A stretch of 54,935 nucleotides of DNA, taken from positions 1 to 54,935 of the IMG/VR virus record IMGVR_UViG_3300025353_000003. One strand, written 5' to 3'. A program made the position numbers and the translations under genes. Each line of letters starts with the position of its first letter. Position 1 is the stretch's first letter. Origin of the DNA: a virus. Taxonomy: Duplodnaviria > Caudoviricetes. Shown piece by piece: positions 49,047 to 54,935 of this stretch. A model generated the notes under the pieces. It ran no database searches. It was not told the origin of the DNA and worked only from the letters and a program-made list of their open reading frames with translations.

Positions 49047-49358
49047 TTAAAAGTTTAAATAAACTGCAAAGTACTGAAAGGTTCGGCTGTCAAACTGCAA
49101 CAACTTAATCTCATGGCCAGGACTATTTTGCGCTAATACTCCAACGCACACTGCCGACAACTTAGGATCCCCAATCATGCAGAGATAATCACCTTCTTGA
49201 AAATCCTTTAGAGCTTCCCGTGCATGTGCCACAGGATCATCATAAATCGTATTAGTAAATACGTGCTCAATTTCTCCAAAACGAGCAGCATCTTTAATAG
49301 TCTTACCTTGGGAGTTATCTACTACCCATACGACACTAGGTTCTATTTCATCATTCAT
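49047..49358 (-). CDS. hypothetical protein (alpha/beta)
   Basis: 103-aa ORF with AAAGGAAA RBS; DYLCMIGDP motif. Confidence 0.7.
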   Translation of the reverse strand: MNDEIEPSVVWVVDNSQGKTIKDAARFGEIEHVFTNTIYDDPVAHAREALKDFQEGDYLCMIGDPKLSAVCVGVLAQNSPGHEIKLLQFDSRTFQYFAVYLNF

Positions 49359-49383
49359 TTTTTCCTTTCCGTCTTTATTTCAA

Positions 49384-51147
49384 TTATAAAAAGCGCGTAG
49401 CGCCAATGTCGTTTATTGTTTTCATTATAGCTGAAAAATACCAGTCATAGTTCAAATCAGTTGGTATATTTTTAGGTAATACCATACACTCTCGTGCTCC
49501 ATCAGTCTTTGCTACTTTATTGCCGTTTGTTGCATAAGTAATTGGAGGTAACTTTTCTTTTGTTTGATACCATCTAACTGTTCTACCGAGGTATTTATCC
49601 CCTTGCACTCCACCACCTGTTACTCCTCTTACGCTAATGAAGTTCGTTAATGCTGAGTTCATAACTGTTTCTTTAAACTCAGTTCCGTATGCCAACCAAT
49701 TGGCAACTGCTTTAGACACTATAGGTGCGGTTGGGTTCTTACTGAGATTGATTTCACTATAGATACCTTTAATTTTTACAGAGCGGTCTTGCTTTACTGC
49801 AAAGTAATTATTAACGTCTTTAAGAGCTACTACTCTATACGGAGTTGACTCAAAGCTAAAACCTGTTGATTTACTAAATTGAGCTATGATCTCATGAACC
49901 TTTGTGACTTCATTTCTTTTATGTTTAAGCATTATGCCGTCAGTATTGGCAGAAACAACCTGAACTCCGTTATCTTCTAAAGTTTCAATAAGGCTCAATA
50001 GAGTTAACTGCCCAGTGAGGACAATGTTAAGCATGACATCAGGTGAATACAAGACAGAATACTTACTAGCAGTTTTACCGAATGTACCATTCAATGCAAT
50101 CCGCAATGAATCTGCAATTACCATGTTCTTTTGACGTTTACCCTCTAACCGCCTCTCAAAGACTTTACGATACTCCTCAATAAATCTGCTACCAGTATTA
50201 GCGGGAACAAGATTACAATTAAGCAAAATAGAGGGGTAATAACTAGATACGTCATAATCCACAATCTGGTAGGTGTCATCCGTGACATAGCAAACCTTTC
50301 TATCATGTTGCGAGTGTAAACCACCTACACCCATTTGGTAGATACCACTGTTTATCTTAACGAGGTCGTCCTTCAAGAAGTCAGGCAGTACCACGTGACC
50401 ACTTGTAGCCTTTACCTCGTACACGTGCTCAGACATCCGTTTTACCAGCTGCTTTAAGCCTTCATTTTTGAAATTGATAAAGCTGGGAGTAATGTATCGA
50501 ACTGATTTAGGAATCTGCACATTACCGCGCTTTAACCCTAACTTTTTGATGAACATCTGTTCAGCTACTTGAGAGTCAGATTTAGATCGTGCATCAAACC
50601 CGTATTCCTTGCTAATCTCAACTCTAAGCTGGAGTTGCCCCTGCAGGCGATTGTAAAGCTCTTCTGTAGTGTCTAAGTCATTCTTACAATACTCTGCAAT
50701 CATCTTATGATCGGCTGGATCAATCATAGCAGAATGATGAAAAGGTAAATCTTGAAGGGTAGGCATGTTCATACGAGCACCATATGTCTTTAGGCTTACA
50801 AAACTAGGCGCGACTTCTATTAAGTCAATATGATCTATCAAAGGCATCTTAAACCCAAATTGACGTTCAGCATCCCAAGCCATCAAATTATCACCAATTA
50901 TCTTATCGCCTAACTTTTTACAATCAAGGATTGAATTACCCGCCATAAAGTAACTTACGATAGGCATATCAAATCTCATACCATTAAAGCTAATGAATGT
51001 ATTCTTAGACTTGAATAGATCTTTGAGTTGAATGCGAGCATCTTCCTCCTGCCCCCAGATCTCAAAATATGTTTGGCTCTCAAGAATCTTACCCATCAAT
51101 AAAAACAGATTAGGGGCAAGTTCTATATCGAAAACAATTGTACTCAT
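49384..51147 (-). CDS. family B DNA polymerase
   Basis: Exo I FDIE, Exo II FNGMRFD, Exo III YCKNDL; motif A YDVSSYYP, motif B RIALNGTFGK, motif C SANTDG. Confidence 0.9.
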   Translation of the reverse strand: MSTIVFDIELAPNLFLLMGKILESQTYFEIWGQEEDARIQLKDLFKSKNTFISFNGMRFDMPIVSYFMAGNSILDCKKLGDKIIGDNLMAWDAERQFGFKMPLIDHIDLIEVAPSFVSLKTYGARMNMPTLQDLPFHHSAMIDPADHKMIAEYCKNDLDTTEELYNRLQGQLQLRVEISKEYGFDARSKSDSQVAEQMFIKKLGLKRGNVQIPKSVRYITPSFINFKNEGLKQLVKRMSEHVYEVKATSGHVVLPDFLKDDLVKINSGIYQMGVGGLHSQHDRKVCYVTDDTYQIVDYDVSSYYPSILLNCNLVPANTGSRFIEEYRKVFERRLEGKRQKNMVIADSLRIALNGTFGKTASKYSVLYSPDVMLNIVLTGQLTLLSLIETLEDNGVQVVSANTDGIMLKHKRNEVTKVHEIIAQFSKSTGFSFESTPYRVVALKDVNNYFAVKQDRSVKIKGIYSEINLSKNPTAPIVSKAVANWLAYGTEFKETVMNSALTNFISVRGVTGGGVQGDKYLGRTVRWYQTKEKLPPITYATNGNKVAKTDGARECMVLPKNIPTDLNYDWYFSAIMKTINDIGATRFL

Positions 51148-51410
51148 TAGTCTTGATTTATGTAACGTGAAGTTGGCTCACCTGAACAATCATCAAGAGA
51201 AGTGGGGTACTCCAATTCAATTAACTTCTCAATAAAATGAATAGACTTGTTTAAATCTTCTAGACCATTCTTTTCATGATATCGTTCTAGGTACTTAGTA
51301 GCGCATCCGACAAAGTAGCCCCTACCGTATAAGCGATAGATTCTATCCCAATGTTGCTCACCATTTACCTTATAATGTCTACCGCCCACCTGCTTGTCAT
51401 TTGCTGACAT
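51147..51410 (-). CDS. DUF3310 (T7 gp1.7-like nucleotide kinase) protein
   Basis: QVGGRHYK...GCATKYLERYHEKNGLEDLNKSIHFIEKLIE; ATG 51410. Confidence 0.75.
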   Translation of the reverse strand: MSANDKQVGGRHYKVNGEQHWDRIYRLYGRGYFVGCATKYLERYHEKNGLEDLNKSIHFIEKLIELEYPTSLDDCSGEPTSRYINQD

Positions 51411-52380
51411 TTTTCTTCTCCCTGTTTGCAATATAAAGATGCGTTGCTAATTTCCAATCTGAAGCGATGATCTTGTCTGCCCATGCTCTGCCGTCACTAA
51501 TTTTATACTTACGCTCATGCGATACCATCGCCATCGGATGAGCCACATATGTGAAGAATTCGTTTATATATCCCTGATTACTGAATGGATCTTTGCAGAA
51601 CTCCTCACACTCATGCAGGAACAATTCAGATGACCCCTCATACAGCTTTCTAGGTTGTACCACCCCACTTGAGTAATGATCAAAATTCTCAGCAATTGGA
51701 GGGTTCTCCATATACGGCATCGCGTTATATAACTCAGTATAAAGATGAAGATTATTTGAAATTGAATAATACCGACCGACAGGTAGTTCAAGTGCAACAG
51801 CAACAAACTCTTGAATTACAGAGAAGTGAACAGGATTTGCACCACATGCCCCCCACCAGAAATCATTACTCCTATTATTGATAGTTATGTCTAAACGACC
51901 ATCATTGATAGCAAAGATTAACTGAGTATTACAGGCTTTATCCTTAGTACTCTTATTGAAATCACTTGAATCCCAAAGTTGAATGACCGCTTGACGAGAG
52001 TTAGGATCTTCTTTTAGATGCTTGATCACCTCATTCAATTGGTCAAATCCAAAATGCTTACGCATTCTATACCCATAAGCAGCATTAAAGCGTACTCCAT
52101 CATCTGAGAATTGACCTATAGTAGAATTAAATTGTTTTAGAAACAATACATCATCCCGACCAGCTAGCATCCAGATACTCTCCATAAGATGAAAAATAGG
52201 ATTGGCATCGCGCTCCTGAAAAAACAGTACGCGTTCAGTAGGCTCTTGAATAATTGTTAATACAGGCTCATTAATCCTATAAGCTTTGCCATTGCGAGTC
52301 TCTACCAATTTGCCAGCTACTTTAAAGCGCCAGAGTGTGTCCGTGAATAATTCATTGACGTTTATGGAACATATCTCCAT
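51397..52380 (-). CDS. thymidylate synthase homolog, likely dUMP hydroxymethylase
   Basis: TRNG, NPIFHLMESIWMLAG, FSDDG, AYGYR, SRQAVIQLWD, KDKACN (catalytic Cys), RSNDFWWGACGAN (Asn = dUMP type), NLHLY. Confidence 0.85.
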   Translation of the reverse strand: MEICSINVNELFTDTLWRFKVAGKLVETRNGKAYRINEPVLTIIQEPTERVLFFQERDANPIFHLMESIWMLAGRDDVLFLKQFNSTIGQFSDDGVRFNAAYGYRMRKHFGFDQLNEVIKHLKEDPNSRQAVIQLWDSSDFNKSTKDKACNTQLIFAINDGRLDITINNRSNDFWWGACGANPVHFSVIQEFVAVALELPVGRYYSISNNLHLYTELYNAMPYMENPPIAENFDHYSSGVVQPRKLYEGSSELFLHECEEFCKDPFSNQGYINEFFTYVAHPMAMVSHERKYKISDGRAWADKIIASDWKLATHLYIANREKKNVSK

Positions 52381-52382
52381 TA

Positions 52383-53243
52383 TTAGAACTCCTGTGTTGT
52401 TTTATATAACTGCCGTGGTTTACCTTCACCTTTATCTACTCTAATATATTTATCATACTCGCACATGATATTTTGACAATCATGCAGGGTTAAATCTGCC
52501 AACTTTGAATTGCTGTTAATTAGTTTACCTCGCACTTCTATCAACTCAGAATTGAATTGTTCCTGAGTTAAATTCTTTGTTAAAGTGCGATTATGCAATC
52601 TATTTAAACCGCGCTTACTTCCTGGACCGATTGGTGCCCACGTGCATAGATCCTTAGCGTTCATCAGTTGACCCATTATGTAAGTCAAATCTGCTGAGAC
52701 TTGACCAGCTAGGAATGTTTTTATACCGAACGATTGTGATAGTACAGTAGTCACTTCTTCTATTGAGTCATTGCTGATTGCTTTACGTATATCATTTGCA
52801 AAGAATACAGTTGGGTTAATGATGTAAGAAGTAAGATTTGCAGCTTTTGTGGCACCGACTACGTTGGTTGGGTAGACTACGTAAGCTGAACTATACATCT
52901 TCTCCCCTTTTAAACGTAGAATATCCAATTGCTTTATAAATTCATCACCATCAAATTCCTCTACCCGATTGACAATTAGTTTTTTGTCCATTAGGTACTG
53001 TAGGGTTGGTGGCCAATTTATCAATCTAGCAATTAAAGCCTTAAACCATACATCCCCGACGTTGTTGGTATAATAGTTCTTGAGTAACCACTTTGTAACG
53101 CGGTCATCGCGCCTACGAATATTGCAGAACCGATATTTGTTTATAATAGGATCCATTGTCAATAAGCCAAAGTTCGCCTCTTTATTTAAGCGTACCTGTT
53201 CCCGCTCATTAGCGAAGTAAATCAAAGTATCAAAGAGTTCCAT
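52383..53243 (-). CDS. aGPT-Pplase1-like (clade 1) amino acid/amine:DNA transferase
   Basis: EREQVR...TMDPIINKYRFCNIRRRDDRVT, INWPPTL, FLAGQVSADL, GPGSKRGL, DCQNIMCEYDKYIR. Confidence 0.85.
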   Translation of the reverse strand: MELFDTLIYFANEREQVRLNKEANFGLLTMDPIINKYRFCNIRRRDDRVTKWLLKNYYTNNVGDVWFKALIARLINWPPTLQYLMDKKLIVNRVEEFDGDEFIKQLDILRLKGEKMYSSAYVVYPTNVVGATKAANLTSYIINPTVFFANDIRKAISNDSIEEVTTVLSQSFGIKTFLAGQVSADLTYIMGQLMNAKDLCTWAPIGPGSKRGLNRLHNRTLTKNLTQEQFNSELIEVRGKLINSNSKLADLTLHDCQNIMCEYDKYIRVDKGEGKPRQLYKTTQEF

Positions 53244-53821
53244 TTTCAGCTTTCTTAAGTATGTTTAATGTCTCATCAAAAGCATTGGTATGGTCAATCG
53301 TTATGATCTTTACTCCCCCCGCTTTATGTAAGTTCATACACGCATCATACGTAGACTTATGCGCACTTATCGTGTTCTTTGGATTAAAGGGTTTATCTTC
53401 TCCCCTGCTATCCCTGCGAGTTTGCACTCTCTGTAAACATACTGCCAATGGGGTATCGAGGATTGCCGCAACGTATGCACCAGTGGGCTTGAGCATCTGT
53501 GTTGTGATTGCTCCTGGACCCACTTTTGAGAGGAGTAAACCTTCAAGCAGAACATGACCCCTAGGATAAGCAGCCAAGGCTCTATCTGCAATTTCTTCTT
53601 GAGTACTGATACCATCTGTACCTCCACAAGTATTTTCGTATGATCCTATCACATATAGAGGTTGGCTCAGCCCTTCACTTGAGAGGTCAACTTCATATCC
53701 CCAATGCTTTTTAGGCTTGATAGTCAGGCAGAATCTTTGCAGGGTAATCCGTCAGAAATTTACGGGCAACAGTGGTCTTACCTGAGCCTGACGTACCGCG
53801 TAAAGATAGAATGACATTCAT
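53230..53821 (-). pseudogene. P-loop 5-hydroxymethyluracil DNA kinase-like gene, split by a frameshift near 53720
   Basis: Hand translation from ATG 53821: MNVILSLRGTSGSGKTTVARK (Walker A), stop at 53711; adjacent frame continues IKPKKHWGY...VIGSYENTCGGTDG...LLEGLL...CLQRVQTRR into ORF 53230..53652. Confidence 0.8.
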
Positions 53822-53866
53822 GCTATTTCCTTTATTGGATTATTGAGAAACAATTATAACCTACTT

Positions 53867-54016
53867 TCATTTCTCTTGTGCCTTTTTTAATAAAGCCTGT
53901 AATTCTTTAACTGTAAGCTCATTTACCAACTTTACTTTTGGCTTGCATTTATGTGGCTTGACATCAAAAACATCAAGAAGAGCATCGCATTTACCGCAAG
54001 ATATTCTCATTGTCAT
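53867..54016 (-). CDS. small CxxC protein ending KAQEK (49 aa)
   Basis: Hand-translated MTMRISCGKCDALL...LLKKAQEK; starts in one repeat and ends in the next. Confidence 0.65.
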   Translation of the reverse strand: MTMRISCGKCDALLDVFDVKPHKCKPKVKLVNELTVKELQALLKKAQEK

Positions 54017-54198
54017 TTCTCTTGTGCCTTTCCCATTGGTTCAATCGTTACTGTTTCCCATTTAACTTCACCAGTCTTTGCGTTTTTCCATCCATGCTTT
54101 GTGTAGGTAGCTGGATAAATACAAGATGGATGCCAATCAAGTCTAGTTTCTTGCACCGCCACAACTTCTAAGTCGGTCTGCATATCTTTAAGGTTCAT
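54013..54198 (-). CDS. small hypothetical protein ending KAQEK (61 aa)
   Basis: Start at the ATG of repeat 54195-54213; end in repeat 54013-54031. Confidence 0.65.
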   Translation of the reverse strand: MNLKDMQTDLEVVAVQETRLDWHPSCIYPATYTKHGWKNAKTGEVKWETVTIEPMGKAQEK

Positions 54199-54214
54199 TT
54201 CTCTTGTGCCTTTC

Positions 54215-54430
54215 TTAAATTTCATCGGGGTCAAACCCCTTAGATTTCAACCAGTTATCAAGCAATTCATGTGCTTCGTCCTCTAATCCAACTGGCACTC
54301 TGCGTTCTACATAGGTGGTGTCAGGGTTTTGAAATTCAGGCTTAACTGGAAATGTAACATTCATATCTGCTATATCAAACTTAACAGATTGCCCTTCACC
54401 TTTTGGTATTGCTTTTCCAAAATCATTCAT
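54215..54430 (-). CDS. small hypothetical protein (71 aa)
   Basis: Starts at the ATG in repeat 54427-54445; stops 1 nt before the next repeat. Confidence 0.65.
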   Translation of the reverse strand: MNDFGKAIPKGEGQSVKFDIADMNVTFPVKPEFQNPDTTYVERRVPVGLEDEAHELLDNWLKSKGFDPDEI

Positions 54431-54753
54431 TTCTCTTGTGCCTTTCTTAGTATTGCTCTAGCAAAACTTGTGCTGTCAAACCAATCAACATATTGATGAA
54501 CAGTAGCTTCTTGTTCTATTTCTTCATCAGTAAGTTCTTCTTTTAAAAAGCATGGGCTATCTTTTCTATGCACAGTATTGAGTGCTGAAGGTTCTCCACA
54601 AGCACAAAGTAGTGTCTTTGCTGAATGGGTGTAGAGTGGAATAACGCTTTTCCATGAAACATCAGGTTTGGCTAACCCTTTGCCATTCATAATGAAGCTA
54701 ATATCCTCATCATCTTCTACCATCCACGCTACTGGTTCATTAGTTTCCATCAT
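54427..54753 (-). CDS. hypothetical protein (EPVAW...IPLYTH...LTDEEI...FARAILRKAQEK)
   Basis: 108 aa; short motifs typical of small mosaic phage proteins. Confidence 0.7.
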   Translation of the reverse strand: MMETNEPVAWMVEDDEDISFIMNGKGLAKPDVSWKSVIPLYTHSAKTLLCACGEPSALNTVHRKDSPCFLKEELTDEEIEQEATVHQYVDWFDSTSFARAILRKAQEK

Positions 54754-54934
54754 CTAACCTTTGCATTAGTATTTTCAAACAAACATCTTTTTCTTTAATC
54801 TGTTCTTTCATGCTTTCTATTTCAGCTTGTTGCTGGCGTAGCATCATCCTATTAAACTCATCACGTTTGCATAAAGCGGCAATTCTGTTTGCGTCAGATT
54901 GGTTTTCATAAAAAGCATCTTCTTCAGCTTTACA
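54740..54934 (-). CDS. partial hypothetical protein (…MLRQQQAEIE…), 5' end outside the window
   Basis: Hand-translated open frame from the window end to TAA 54740-54742. Confidence 0.55.
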   Translation of the reverse strand, partial: CKAEEDAFYENQSDANRIAALCKRDEFNRMMLRQQQAEIESMKEQIKEKDVCLKILMQRLDDGN

Positions 54935-54935
54935 A

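Larger units (their letters stand above)
53867..54445 (-). repeat. four exact copies of a 19-bp gene-junction repeat AAAGGCACAAGAGAAATGA
   Basis: + strand TCATTTCTCTTGTGCCTTT at 53867, 54013, 54195 and 54427. Confidence 0.9.

Noticed and set aside
566-53627. Numerous 60-115 aa ORFs nested in or antisense to the long genes in the ORF track
   Set aside because: Fully overlap well-supported genes and lack recognisable motifs; treated as shadow ORFs
53867-54445. CRISPR array (regular short direct repeats)
   Set aside because: Intervals are 146-232 bp, unequal and protein-coding; the repeat is not palindromic; no cas1/cas2 present

Overview
The window is most or all of a ~55 kb tailed-phage genome of podovirus-like type: large portal, adaptor/nozzle and ejection proteins, and no tape-measure or sheath gene. 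No integrase, tRNA, rRNA or CRISPR array was seen. The + strand (6034-45510) carries a primase-helicase, an iteron-like origin, terminases, a 1213-aa multidomain protein, portal, GroES, capsid genes, two free-standing homing endonucleases, duplicated fibre genes, a lysis cassette, tail genes and ejection proteins. The - strand (45512-54935 and 1-5764) carries recombination and replication genes (RuvC-like, PD-(D/E)xK exonuclease, DUF669 SSB, Sak4-like, family B polymerase). It also carries a thymidine-hypermodification gene set split across the window ends: a dUMP-hydroxymethylase-like TS homolog, a frameshifted P-loop 5hmU-DNA kinase, two different amino acid:DNA transferases (aGPT-Pplase1-like and 2-like) and a PLP enzyme. 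The most unusual unexplained signals are: (1) a heavily paired leader upstream of the primase-helicase containing an anti-Shine-Dalgarno segment; (2) an array of small genes joined by an identical 19-bp repeat that encodes the C-terminus KAQEK and the next start codon; (3) two tandem structured RNA-like elements between SSB and exonuclease; (4) a [hydrophobic/basic]-[K/A/N]-x-G-G peptide motif shared by five unrelated late proteins. All family calls come from motif recognition by eye; no database search was run.
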